From NCBI GenBank assembly GCA_964595645.1, contig CAZQQT010000006.1, forward strand, positions 64,001 through 128,000: a stretch of 64,000 bases of DNA, written 5' to 3'. This document shows positions 20,554-29,429 of this stretch, piece after piece. Numbering within the stretch: the first letter of the stretch is position 1; every line of letters begins with the position of its first letter. The translations under genes and the position numbers were made by a program. The DNA comes from an uncultured Thermococci archaeon (GTDB lineage: Archaea; Methanobacteriota_B; Thermococci; Methanofastidiosales; B48-G16). A model generated the notes under the pieces. It was not told the origin of the DNA, did not search any database, and saw only the letters and a list, made by a program, of their open reading frames with translations.

Positions 20554-20798
20554 TGTTTCTTCCTCCGTGTAAGTGTGAAGAGCCGGATGTTCACATTACT
20601 GTAGAGCTCTTCAGCCTTTCCGAGGCCCTTTAATGCGTCCAAATGCTTCAGTGCGGTGGTTCTTGTCGTCCTCGCATCTTTAGCAATCTCGCCAATGGAC
20701 TTAGGTCGCTCTGTGGAGAGGACCCCGAGTATCCTTCTCCGTATCGCAAGATCCGGACTCGGTCCATTCTTTCGATCTCCGTGGGGGTTGTTATCCAT
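20550..20798 (-). CDS. Winged helix-turn-helix protein
   Basis: ILGVL..KSIGEIAKDARTTRTTALKHLDALKGLG; coupled to the helicase by an ATGA overlap; start inferred. Confidence 0.75.
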   Translation of the reverse strand: MDNNPHGDRKNGPSPDLAIRRRILGVLSTERPKSIGEIAKDARTTRTTALKHLDALKGLGKAEELYSNVNIRLFTLTRRKKQ

Positions 20799-21027
20799 AA
20801 TCGACACTGAACCCCCTCCCTTCTTAAACACGATACGCACCTCCCCATATATCCACTGAAAGGTGAAGTGATCGAGAAACGTTAAATGAAGTGTCCAAGA
20901 TGACTTCTTCATTCCACAAAATACCTCCAAAAAACGTACTGATCGTGTTTCTAAAGGCCACATATATCGATTTCCATGGAATTGGCCGAATTGACGGTAT
21001 TAAAAGGGGGAATGGGCAGCGTGAGAA

Positions 21028-21224
21028 AGGATACTGTGGAATTATTGCCCCAATTGCCGCTCACAACTTCTTCAACATTGCTGTCATTCTCATGGGGTAG
21101 AAAATGACTGCAAAGACACTTATTAATTAACAAGTGTCTTCAGAGCACGTGATGGAGAGTAGAAGTGCGTATCCCCTTTAAGAACCCCCCGTTCGCGAAG
21201 AAGGTGGAGTTGATAAAAAATGAG
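21028..21224. repeat. Copy A of a ~195-bp direct repeat
   Basis: A 54-bp block (21028-21081) and a 47-bp block (21143-21189) are identical to 22518-22571 and 22634-22680. Confidence 0.95.
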
Positions 21225-21652
21225 TCGACGGGGACACGGAGAACCACATCGTTACTAGTAGGAGAGAGTAATGTATACTGGAAAAGGTCTCGCCGAAGTT
21301 CGCAGTCAATTCCACAGTGCAATTGTGCTCAGGAGGTAGGAGATGTTTTGAAAGACAGTACTGGTGGTCAGTACTGTTTTTGGAGCACAGTATGGAGAGG
21401 GATCGTACCTATCAGCTGTATACCCCTTCGTTCTTGAAAGGGTAAAAACTGCCATGAAAAAGAATGATCGGATTAAGAGTTAGAAGAACTTGAATAGTGA
21501 AATCAAAGGATGGTAGATATTTAATCTAGCTAATGCCATCTAATTTTATTCAATAATCTAGAGGCAGGATACTACTGTTGTCCATAGCTGGAACCTGTAA
21601 GCGACACCCTTAAATACGTCGAAAGTAGATACATGGTAAGGAGGTGAAAATC

Positions 21653-21865
21653 GTGCATGAAAAAGAAATAGAAATGAAAATGCAAGAGCTCCCTGAAGAT
21701 TTGAGAAGAGAGGTTTTAGACTATGTGGAGTTTCTGTTGAGAAAGTATGACGATAGAAAGATCGCAGCAAAAAAGTTTACGTTTAACTGGGAAGGTGGTC
21801 TCGCAGAGATAGGGGATACATTTACCTCTGTTGAGCTACAACATAAAACGTTGGAGTGGCGGTAA
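21653..21865 (+). CDS. Antitoxin, DUF2281-like
   Basis: LPEDLRREVLDYVEFL..F.WEGGL..SVELQH..W; GGAGGTGA SD; stop overlaps the PIN start. Confidence 0.8.
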   Translation: MHEKEIEMKMQELPEDLRREVLDYVEFLLRKYDDRKIAAKKFTFNWEGGLAEIGDTFTSVELQHKTLEWR

Positions 21866-22242
21866 TGTTTTTAGTTGATACGAATGTATTTTTGGAGATA
21901 CTCTTGACGCGAGATAAAAAAGAAGATTGTAAGCAATTTTTGAATGACAATATTGGAAATCTCACCATGACAGATTTTTCTTTGCACTCTATTGGTGTAA
22001 TTCTATTTAGATATAGGAAAGAGGATATTTTTCAGAACTTTGTTGAAGATATCATACCGAGTATCAAACTTCTCTCATTGCCGAGGGAGCTGTATAGAAA
22101 AATTGCACACGTCAGAACGAGCTTGAATTTAGATTTTGATGACGCTTATCAGTATAGCATGGCTAAATATTATAGGCTGGAACTGGTTACGATGGATAAG
22201 GATTTTGAGAGGATAGAAGATGTTGAAGTGTTGTTCTTGTAG
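21865..22242 (+). CDS. vapC: PIN-domain (VapC) toxin
   Basis: LVDTNVFLE, DFDDAYQ, VTMDKDF. Confidence 0.85.
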   Translation: MFLVDTNVFLEILLTRDKKEDCKQFLNDNIGNLTMTDFSLHSIGVILFRYRKEDIFQNFVEDIIPSIKLLSLPRELYRKIAHVRTSLNLDFDDAYQYSMAKYYRLELVTMDKDFERIEDVEVLFL

Positions 22243-22517
22243 ATTTTTTTTATTTCGCCAAAGGAATTTCATCTATATCAAGAAAGACAAATGTCACTGA
22301 GAGGCACAAGCGGTGAGATCACGTTCTTAAAAAAAGATGGCAGTGAGTTGATTGTCAAAAAAGACAGGAAAAAGAAACATTTTCTCTTCTGAGCTTGTTC
22401 AAAGGAAGAACTTCAGAGGCTGCTGAATGGTGATCTGGGTAGGGTTATTCAACTCGAGTCGTGCCGCTACCGATCTCCGAATTTAGAGTATTGAAACGAA
22501 ATGGGAGAGTTTTGGGG

Positions 22518-22715
22518 AGGATACTGTGGAATTATTGCCCCAATTGCCGCTCACAACTTCTTCAACATTGCAGTCATTCTCATGAGTTAGGAGATGCCCG
22601 GAAGTACACTTATGACTATCATAAGTGTACACGGAGCACGTGATGGAGAGTAGAAGTGCGTATCCCCTTTAAGAACCCCCTGTTCGCGAAGGAGGTGGAG
22701 TTGATACAAAATGGG
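22518..22715. repeat. Copy B of the ~195-bp direct repeat
   Basis: See copy A. Confidence 0.95.
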
Positions 22716-22860
22716 TATAGACGACTATAAAAAGAAACTGGTAGACCACGCGAAAACCTCACCGTGGAGGACTTCGCCACGAAGATCCGGGAAGGTGAGC
22801 CGTCACTGCCTATGGCAACAAAGGAGAAAAAGGTACCTCCCACGTCTTTGAATGGCCGGA

Positions 22861-24093
22861 TCACGTAGGTTCTTCCTCTTTTTTTCGTTTCTCCACCAGC
22901 TCTCGGAACTCCCGATGGAGTGAGGGATACTTCTGGAGGATCGTCATGAGATCCATGAGTTTATCCAGGTTTTTCAGCTCCTCCGGGTCCGCCCTGGCGA
23001 TCAGGGGGATGGCCCTCATGAGCTTCTCGGCACCCCGATCCATCCTCGCCCGCTCCTCCTCGCTGAGCACCGTTCCACACCGGCTACAGTACCGCTCCGT
23101 GGGACCGTTCACGTACCCGCACCGAGGACACTTTGTGATGTCACTTTTTTCCTCTTCCTCCTTTTTCAAGCCGTACATGCCAAGGACCCTGTTGTCGATA
23201 TCGCGACCACTAAGGTGGACGTAGGTGGCGGTCATGTCGCTTCCCTGGACCCACCCCATGTAGGCACACAGCTCGGGCTCAGTGAGATGTTTGAGGAGAT
23301 CCCGAACCCTGGAGTGACGGAAGAGGTGAGGATGGACATCTTTGTCAATCCCCGCTTTCTTCGCGATTTTTCTGATTCGCTGCCGGAAGGAGTGGTAGGT
23401 GAGGGGCCGGTGGTCGTCCACGAGGGTCACCCAGAGGGGAGCGTCCCGCTCATCTCTCCGGGGATGGACATCCAACCACTTCGCGAGAATCGACGTGGAG
23501 GTCACGAGGCGGACGGGACGCTCTCCTGTTTTCCCCATCACTTTGATGACCGCTCCGTAGTCATCGAAGGACACATTTTTGATTTTGAGGTGACCGAGTT
23601 CTCCAATTCGCAGTCCCCCCTCGTAGAGTACCGCGATGATCGCCTTATCTCTGATGTACGGGGCAGCCTCGATCATCTTCGTGATGTCCTCCTTCGTGAG
23701 GAGATCGTCCGGTGACTTCCGCCGCGTCTTCTTCACCGTGGTCTTCACGTCTTTCGTCAGCTCTTCTTTCTCTAAGTAGCGGAACAGCCGTTTCAACACG
23801 ACCTTGTAATCTGCTTTGGTCCATTCAGAGTAGTCCGACCGTTCCAACTCTGCGAGAAAAGAGATCACGTCCTGCTCATCCCACTCGGTGAAGGGTTTCT
23901 CCTCTGTCCGTTCTACCATCATCTTCAAATGTCCCGCATATTTGGAGATCCGTGCCTTCGATAGTCCCTCCGCAGTGAGTTTCTCGAGAAAGTTCTCCAC
24001 GATCTCTACATTCTCTTCGTTGTCGAACGCTTCAATGGCACCCTTGTAGAGCTCAATTCTGCGGTCGTAATTGTAGAGGTTATTTTCTTTCAT
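22861..24093 (-). CDS. Tyrosine integrase with C-terminal Zn ribbon (SNJ2-like)
   Basis: LYEGGLRIGEL, HLFRHSR, MGW, ATYVH, CPRC..CSRC; intact gene beside the tRNA 3' end. Confidence 0.9.
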   Translation of the reverse strand: MKENNLYNYDRRIELYKGAIEAFDNEENVEIVENFLEKLTAEGLSKARISKYAGHLKMMVERTEEKPFTEWDEQDVISFLAELERSDYSEWTKADYKVVLKRLFRYLEKEELTKDVKTTVKKTRRKSPDDLLTKEDITKMIEAAPYIRDKAIIAVLYEGGLRIGELGHLKIKNVSFDDYGAVIKVMGKTGERPVRLVTSTSILAKWLDVHPRRDERDAPLWVTLVDDHRPLTYHSFRQRIRKIAKKAGIDKDVHPHLFRHSRVRDLLKHLTEPELCAYMGWVQGSDMTATYVHLSGRDIDNRVLGMYGLKKEEEEKSDITKCPRCGYVNGPTERYCSRCGTVLSEEERARMDRGAEKLMRAIPLIARADPEELKNLDKLMDLMTILQKYPSLHREFRELVEKRKKEEEPT

Positions 24094-24155
24094 ATAGTAT
24101 CTTAGCGACGCTATCCTTTATTAAGTTTACGGTAGGCGTTAAATTAAGAAAAGAG

Positions 24156-24229
24156 CGCCGTCAGCCGGATTTGAACCGGCGGCCGCCTGGTTAACAGCCA
24201 GGTGCTCTACCGAACTAAGCTATGACGGC
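24156..24229 (-). tRNA. tRNA-Asn(GTT)
   Basis: GCCGTCA/TGACGGC acceptor stem, CCTGG-CTGTTAA-CCAGG anticodon arm, GGTTCAAATCC T arm. Confidence 0.97.
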
Positions 24230-24296
24230 ACATACTACACAATCCCGAGTACCTATAAAAATTTTTCGTGTGTGAAAATATAAAGGAAAAGAGGGA

Positions 24297-24614
24297 TTAT
24301 CCGAACAGGGAACCGAGCCCCTCGAGGGCCTCTTCTTCAGAAGCTTCCTCTTCTTCTTCCTCTTCTTCCTCTTCCTCTTTTTCTTCTTTGGCTTCTTCCT
24401 TCGCTGCTCCCGAAGGTGCTCCAGCAGCCGGAGCCACCATCTGTCCAGACTTGATAGCCTCATCAATATCGACGCCTTCCAGCGCTGCGATGAGTGCTTT
24501 GACTCTCGTCTCATCAGCATCAATGCCGGCAGCTTTCACTACCTCCGTTATATTTTCCTCACTTATTTCTTTTCCAGCTGAATGAAGAACCATTGCTGCA
24601 TATACATACTCCAT
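24297..24614 (-). CDS. rpl12: Ribosomal stalk protein P1 (L12)
   Basis: [11 protein letters not shown]..., Ala/Glu-rich hinge, GLGSLFG C-terminus. Confidence 0.97.
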   Translation of the reverse strand: MEYVYAAMVLHSAGKEISEENITEVVKAAGIDADETRVKALIAALEGVDIDEAIKSGQMVAPAAGAPSGAAKEEAKEEKEEEEEEEEEEEASEEEALEGLGSLFG

Positions 24615-24624
24615 TTAATTCACC

Positions 24625-25440
24625 TCATTTTAGTATAGACGAAAGGGCCGAAGCATCTCGATGTGCTTTGCCCAGTATTATTTTTATCGTATCTTTATTT
24701 ACTACCTGTAACTCAAGAGCTAAGGAGATTGCCTCTCTCTGTGCCTTTCCGATAAGCGCGGTAATTGTTTCTCTTTCTGCAATTCCTGCGTAGAGTGCGA
24801 GGTTCATTGCGTCATTATACGCACGTGCGATATTTTCCTTGTACTGTTGCGTGTCCACTTTCAGTACCTCGGGTTTGAAGATCGTGCCATCCTCGTAGGT
24901 AGCAACTAAGTCCAACCCGACTTCCATGGGCTCCATCTTCAGTTTCGTCAGAATATCTGCCAGTTTCTTCGATATCTCTTCGCCCTCTTTGACGACGACG
25001 GTGTCCTTTTTCACGTGGATACTTCCCTTCTTCACCTGTGCAGGAACACCAACACTCTGCAGTTCACCGATCATCGGGCCCGGCGGGAATCCTGTGTCTC
25101 CCTTCTCAACAACGATGTCGCGTGGTGCTTTCTCTCCAGCCTTTGCAGGAGCAGGAGCCTTTCCCTCTTCAAGCGCCTTGTAGAGTTTGAAGGAGTTCAT
25201 ATCGGTGAAGATAAATCCAGCGTTGCCTTTCACGCGATCCATAATCTCGCTGTCTCCCAGCGCCAGTTTCATCAACGTGTTTCTCGCGACGCGAAGTGTT
25301 GCCTTATCTCGTAGGTTGCCTCGCATCTGCTGCATCTGTTTTGAAGGAATATCGTTAATATTCACAATGGCAAAGATCTCATGGCTGTCTAAAAGCTCTT
25401 TTAGCTCTTTCACCGTCTCTTTTTTCCATTTAGTCGTCAT
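24625..25440 (-). CDS. rpl10: Ribosomal protein uL10 (P0)
   Basis: KWKKETV, RNTL, GDTGFPPGP; operon position. Confidence 0.95.
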   Translation of the reverse strand: MTTKWKKETVKELKELLDSHEIFAIVNINDIPSKQMQQMRGNLRDKATLRVARNTLMKLALGDSEIMDRVKGNAGFIFTDMNSFKLYKALEEGKAPAPAKAGEKAPRDIVVEKGDTGFPPGPMIGELQSVGVPAQVKKGSIHVKKDTVVVKEGEEISKKLADILTKLKMEPMEVGLDLVATYEDGTIFKPEVLKVDTQQYKENIARAYNDAMNLALYAGIAERETITALIGKAQREAISLALELQVVNKDTIKIILGKAHRDASALSSILK

Positions 25441-26072
25441 TACATCACCTTGACAGTAGGACCCATCGTTGTTTTAACCAAGATCGATTTAAAAACATTT
25501 CTCCCCTGATACTTTCGCTCTACAGCATTTACCACAGTGTTTCCGTTCTCTGCAATTTCATCGTCATCCATGGCTTCACTCCCTATCATCGTTTGAATCA
25601 AGGGGGCGTCGCGGGTATTGATTCGTACCGATTTTTCCAGTTTTTCAATCACTGGCTCGAGCGATGCGGTCGGTGGGAGAATTGTGGGCATCTTATTCCG
25701 TCGTCCCAGCACCGGACCGAGCGCCTTCCCAATGAACGGCATCATATCCGCCTGTGCAATGAAAAAATCGTACTCATTTGCCATTTTTCGTGCTTCCCGT
25801 TTTTCTTCAACAATGTCTTCTAACTCGTCCTTGGAAAAAACAGGAAGTCCATGGTTTTTTGCTCGTACTGCCATATCGCCCTCTGCGAAGACTCCAATTT
25901 TTGTTTCTTTCCCTTGACCATTGGGAAGCGCAATCTCTTCTTTCATTTTGTTCTCGGGATCTTTCATATCTACGTCGCGTAGGTTGATAATGATGTCAAT
26001 CGATTGTGTGAAGTTTCTCGGCTTACTTTTCTCCTTCGCCTCCTTCACCGCTTTTTTTAGTTCGTCCAGCAT
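25440..26072 (-). CDS. rpl1: Ribosomal protein uL1
   Basis: RNFTQSID, LGPVLG.R.KMP, KTTMGP. Confidence 0.97.
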   Translation of the reverse strand: MLDELKKAVKEAKEKSKPRNFTQSIDIIINLRDVDMKDPENKMKEEIALPNGQGKETKIGVFAEGDMAVRAKNHGLPVFSKDELEDIVEEKREARKMANEYDFFIAQADMMPFIGKALGPVLGRRNKMPTILPPTASLEPVIEKLEKSVRINTRDAPLIQTMIGSEAMDDDEIAENGNTVVNAVERKYQGRNVFKSILVKTTMGPTVKVM

Positions 26073-26080
26073 TCAATCAC

Positions 26081-26554
26081 CTAAAACATATTGTCGTACT
26101 TTCCTTCATCAATTTCTTGTATTACCTCTCGTGGATTCTTTCCTTCTACACTCACTCCTGCAGAAAGACAGGTCCCCAATACTTCTTTTACACCACTCTT
26201 CATATCTCCAGAAAGCATCCCCTCCCTTTTCATCCTTGCTATTTTTAAAGCTTTCTCCACACTCAGATCGCCTATGATTTCTGATCCAGGATTCTGCGAA
26301 CCCTTTTCTGCACCGATCTCTTTGAGTATGAGCGAGGATGTTGGTGGTGTACCTACTTTGATCTCAAAGTTCTTCTTCTCATCCACAATCACCTTGACGG
26401 GGACCTTCATCCCCTCAAAATCCTTCGTCTTTTTGTTAATTTCTTGTATGACATTGCCTATATTCACACCCATTGGACCCAAGGCTGGACCCAGTGGTGG
26501 ACCTGCTGAAGCCTGTCCTCCATCGACAAGAGCTTCCAATGTTTTCTTCGCCAT
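26081..26554 (-). CDS. rpl11: Ribosomal protein uL11
   Basis: GPPLGPALGPMG, PPTSSL. Confidence 0.97.
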   Translation of the reverse strand: MAKKTLEALVDGGQASAGPPLGPALGPMGVNIGNVIQEINKKTKDFEGMKVPVKVIVDEKKNFEIKVGTPPTSSLILKEIGAEKGSQNPGSEIIGDLSVEKALKIARMKREGMLSGDMKSGVKEVLGTCLSAGVSVEGKNPREVIQEIDEGKYDNMF

Positions 26555-26558
26555 GATA

Positions 26559-27014
26559 TCACCTCTTTTCAATCATCCGTACGTAATCTCCCTTCACAGT
26601 GATGGGAATTGGAACGGCTGCACTCAGGAGCTCTACGGTGAGCTCTTCCTTCGACTCATCGACTCGTACTACCTTTGCTTTCTCCCCTTTAAATGCACCA
26701 CCAATAATCTCGACGATATCTCCTTTCTCGATTCCTGTCACTGTGGGTTTCGCTTCTAAAAAATGCTCAATCTCGTCCAGTGCTACTTCTCCTTCGAGAA
26801 TTCCTCTCACATTGTGAATTCCTTCAACTGCTTCCTCCACAGCGCCAATATCCTCTGCTTCGAGGAATATATAGCCTTTCAAAGGCTCTGGAGCGAGGAT
26901 TGAAAAAACTTTTATTCCTTTATTTTTTATCGCAGCCTCCATCATGGAGGCCACATTTTTCTCCTGATTGACAGTAACCTTTACTGTAAAAATCTTAGAA
27001 GCTCGTTCTTCCAT
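26559..27014 (-). CDS. spt5: Transcription elongation factor Spt5
   Basis: NGN domain (LKGYIFLEA) plus KOW (GDIVEIIGGAFKGEKAKV). Confidence 0.95.
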   Translation of the reverse strand: MEERASKIFTVKVTVNQEKNVASMMEAAIKNKGIKVFSILAPEPLKGYIFLEAEDIGAVEEAVEGIHNVRGILEGEVALDEIEHFLEAKPTVTGIEKGDIVEIIGGAFKGEKAKVVRVDESKEELTVELLSAAVPIPITVKGDYVRMIEKR

Positions 27015-27019
27015 TGAAA

Positions 27020-27205
27020 TCACGCATACCGTGTTATTAATTCGGCAATAAGTATTATTAAAAAGCCTAATAGTCCAATCAAAACTATACCCAATCCAGT
27101 AATCTTAGAAGTCTGAGTATACTCTTGTTTATCGGGCTTTTTTGCCAGTCTCCATACTCGTCTGCTACTTTTGAAAAAATTTAAAATTTTATCTTGTGTT
27201 CCCAT
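27020..27205 (-). CDS. secE: Protein translocase SecE/Sec61 gamma
   Basis: RVWRLAKKPDKQEY plus a TM helix; lies between ftsZ and spt5. Confidence 0.92.
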   Translation of the reverse strand: MGTQDKILNFFKSSRRVWRLAKKPDKQEYTQTSKITGLGIVLIGLLGFLIILIAELITRYA

Positions 27206-27215
27206 TGTATTCACC

Positions 27216-28346
27216 TTACAGGAAGTCTATACCGAGATCGTACTTCTCTCCTTCCTCACCTACAAACATCTCTGATCGTTTTGGCCCCAGCACATACGGG
27301 GAACTGACACCCGAGACAACGACCATCACCCGCAGGGCATTCTTCAAGTCCTCATCTATTTGGGCACCCCATATAATCTGGGCCTCCGGATCGAGTTCGT
27401 TGGAAATAATTTCTACTACTCGTTCGGCCTCTTCAAGCTTCATATCTGATGAACCGGTCACATTGACAAGTGCACCGGTCGATCCTGAGATATCGATATC
27501 GATCAACGGGGAGTGTAACGCTTCTTCCACAGCTTCGACGGATCTATTCTCTGTATCGCTTTCTCCAAGACCTATCATCGCAACTCCTCCGTCTTCCATC
27601 ACCGATCTCACATCTGCGAAGTCCAGGTTCACAATCCCTGCTTTTGTAATGAGATCTGTGATTCCCATAACAGCTCTGATGAGAATATCGTCCGACACTT
27701 TAAAGGCTGCTGAAATGGGCAGACCCGGTGCCATCTCCAAGAGTTTATCATTGGGGATGACAATCACCGTATCTGCGGCCTTTCTCAGATTCTCCAGACC
27801 TTTTTCTGCATTTCTCTGTCTTCGTATACCCTCTACAGTGAAAGGAATTGTCACAATAGCGACCGTTAACGCACCAATCTTTTTTGCCACTTCTGCAATG
27901 ATTGGAGCCGATCCTGTGCCGGTACCGCCTCCAAGTCCGCAGGTGATAAAGACCATATCTGCTCCTTCCAGCGCGTCCCGAATAAGTCTCTCATCTTCTT
28001 TTGCGGCCTCTTCTCCAAGTCGTGGATCGTTTCCGGCTCCAAGACCCTTGGTGACACTTTTACCTATCAAAATTCGTTTTGCGGCCTTCTTATTGAGTAG
28101 ATCCTGTGCATCTGTATTTACCGAGATAGCTTCTGCTCCTTCTATTCCTACTTCCATCAGTCTCTGAATCGCATTTCCTCCAGCGCCCCCAGTGCCCACT
28201 ACTTTTATCTTTGCCTGAGCCTGCTGTAAAATTGTTCTCAACTCTTCGTCAGTGTAATCATACCCTTCTTCAGTCTCGGTCTCAGACCTTATCTTTTTTT
28301 CTCCTTCCTCTGCCCTTTGGACCGCATTCTCAATGAGAGATTTCAC
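27216..28346 (-). CDS. ftsZ: Cell division protein FtsZ
   Basis: GGAGGN, NTDAQ, GGGTGTG, NLDFAD; GTG start after GGAGG. Confidence 0.97.
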   Translation of the reverse strand: MKSLIENAVQRAEEGEKKIRSETETEEGYDYTDEELRTILQQAQAKIKVVGTGGAGGNAIQRLMEVGIEGAEAISVNTDAQDLLNKKAAKRILIGKSVTKGLGAGNDPRLGEEAAKEDERLIRDALEGADMVFITCGLGGGTGTGSAPIIAEVAKKIGALTVAIVTIPFTVEGIRRQRNAEKGLENLRKAADTVIVIPNDKLLEMAPGLPISAAFKVSDDILIRAVMGITDLITKAGIVNLDFADVRSVMEDGGVAMIGLGESDTENRSVEAVEEALHSPLIDIDISGSTGALVNVTGSSDMKLEEAERVVEIISNELDPEAQIIWGAQIDEDLKNALRVMVVVSGVSSPYVLGPKRSEMFVGEEGEKYDLGIDFL

Positions 28347-28510
28347 GATATTCCCTCCAAACAAGTAAATTTACCACTATTCTTATTCTTATTACTACTC
28401 TTCCATCTTCATTATATATAAACTTTCTGCTTTAATTGGCATCTTGATACCGTATTTTACGGTGTGAGGTTTAAAAAGCTTTTCTATCATTAGATGACGT
28501 TGCCCCTACC

Positions 28511-28528
28511 AAAAGGCTTTTATAATAA
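28511..28528 (+). promoter_or_regulatory. BRE/TATA promoter of tRNA-Cys
   Basis: AAAAGGCTTTTATAAT ~25 bp upstream of the tRNA. Confidence 0.65.
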
Positions 28529-28548
28529 AAATCTCCACGTATTTTAAC

Positions 28549-28619
28549 GCCGAGGTAGCAAAGTGGTTATGCACTGGACTGCAGATCCAGGTACGAGGGT
28601 TCGAATCCCTCCCTCGGCT
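28549..28619 (+). tRNA. tRNA-Cys(GCA)
   Basis: GCCGAGG/CCTCGGC acceptor stem, CTGGA-CTGCAGA-TCCAG anticodon arm, GGTTCGAATCC, U discriminator. Confidence 0.97.
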
Positions 28620-28711
28620 TGCGTGAATCCCTTTTTTGCGAAAAAAAGCGATTTTATTCTAAAAAACAGCATATCATCTATTCTTTTATGAGTATGGATC
28701 ATGGAGGCTCT

Positions 28712-29143
28712 TTAGAATCCTGGTATTTCAGGTGCCTCTTCTGCTAATTCGTGTGTTTTGTACGTCTTTACTTGTTTTTGGTTGTTTAGGTGTTTATCGT
28801 TACTCCATATCCCACAGTTAAGCCTTAGAGCTAATGCTAGAAAAGGAACGTCATTTGGGTCGTTGAGAGCTTTCTTAGCTTTTTCTAAGTTACTTTCATA
28901 TTCTTTTTTAGGTACTACGATGATTTGATTGTAGATTCTCAGGAGCAAGGGAGTGAGTGCTTTGGGATTTCCTCCTCTCGACTCTATTTTTTCTTTTATC
29001 AGTTCTTTATGCTTGTTTATTTCATTTTGGAGTTGTTCGGGAACGTAGAGTTCTAGTGAAGGGTGTTGTATGAGTTCTCTGGTCTTTTCTTTATTGGCTA
29101 TTAGTGCTGAGATTACTATATTGGAGTCTACTACTAGTTTCAT
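28712..29143 (-). CDS. vapC: PIN-domain toxin
   Basis: VVDSNIVISAL, DPNDVPFLALA, IWSNDKHL. Confidence 0.85.
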   Translation of the reverse strand: MKLVVDSNIVISALIANKEKTRELIQHPSLELYVPEQLQNEINKHKELIKEKIESRGGNPKALTPLLLRIYNQIIVVPKKEYESNLEKAKKALNDPNDVPFLALALRLNCGIWSNDKHLNNQKQVKTYKTHELAEEAPEIPGF

Positions 29144-29148
29144 CTTAT

Positions 29149-29373
29149 CTATACTTCATGTTTTTTAGCTATTCTTTGTTTTACTTTTTTCTTTATTTCT
29201 TCTAGATCCTCTTCTTCTAGTTGTAGTGATTGCGCTAGTGCTTCTGTTTCTCTTATTTTCTCTAGGTATTCATTGAGTGCTTTTCTTATTACTTCGCTCC
29301 AGTTTATCTCCTTGTATTTCTCCATCTCTTCTTTGGTGTCTTTTGATACCCTTACTGATACTATTTCAGACAT
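29149..29373 (-). CDS. Ribbon-helix-helix antitoxin (VapB-like)
   Basis: IVSVRVS..K..M..INWSEVIRKAL; directly upstream of the PIN gene. Alternative start 29409. Confidence 0.8.
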   Translation of the reverse strand: MSEIVSVRVSKDTKEEMEKYKEINWSEVIRKALNEYLEKIRETEALAQSLQLEEEDLEEIKKKVKQRIAKKHEV

Positions 29374-29411
29374 ATTTTCACCTCTTAGTTGAACTTTTTT
29401 GAGTCTCATCT

Positions 29412-29429
29412 TGTATTACATGTAATACA
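29412..29429. promoter_or_regulatory. Perfect 18-bp palindrome, probable TA autorepression operator
   Basis: TGTATTACATGTAATACA directly downstream of a minus-strand TATATAAA box. Confidence 0.7.

Larger units (their letters stand above)
1..24155. mobile_element. Integrated element / genomic island at tRNA-Asn; left boundary not visible
   Basis: Tyrosine integrase lies ~60 bp from the tRNA 3' end. The region also has a replication-like operon, a second recombinase, TA and nuclease genes, pseudogenes and mosaic GC content. No duplicated tRNA 3' end was found in the window. Confidence 0.85.

Noticed and set aside
21028-22715. Repeat pair as DGR template/variable repeats
   Set aside because: Differences are not adenine-specific, neither copy ends a target gene, and no reverse transcriptase is present.
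1-22860. Integron-like cassette array or CRISPR array
   Set aside because: No regularly repeated attC-like or repeat-spacer units, no IntI-type insertion recognised in either recombinase, and cargo genes lie in both orientations.
27196-28167. Long antisense ORFs (323 aa opposite ftsZ; similar ones opposite rpl11, copA, pckG and the SF1 helicase)
   Set aside because: Shadow frames of well-supported genes on the opposite strand.
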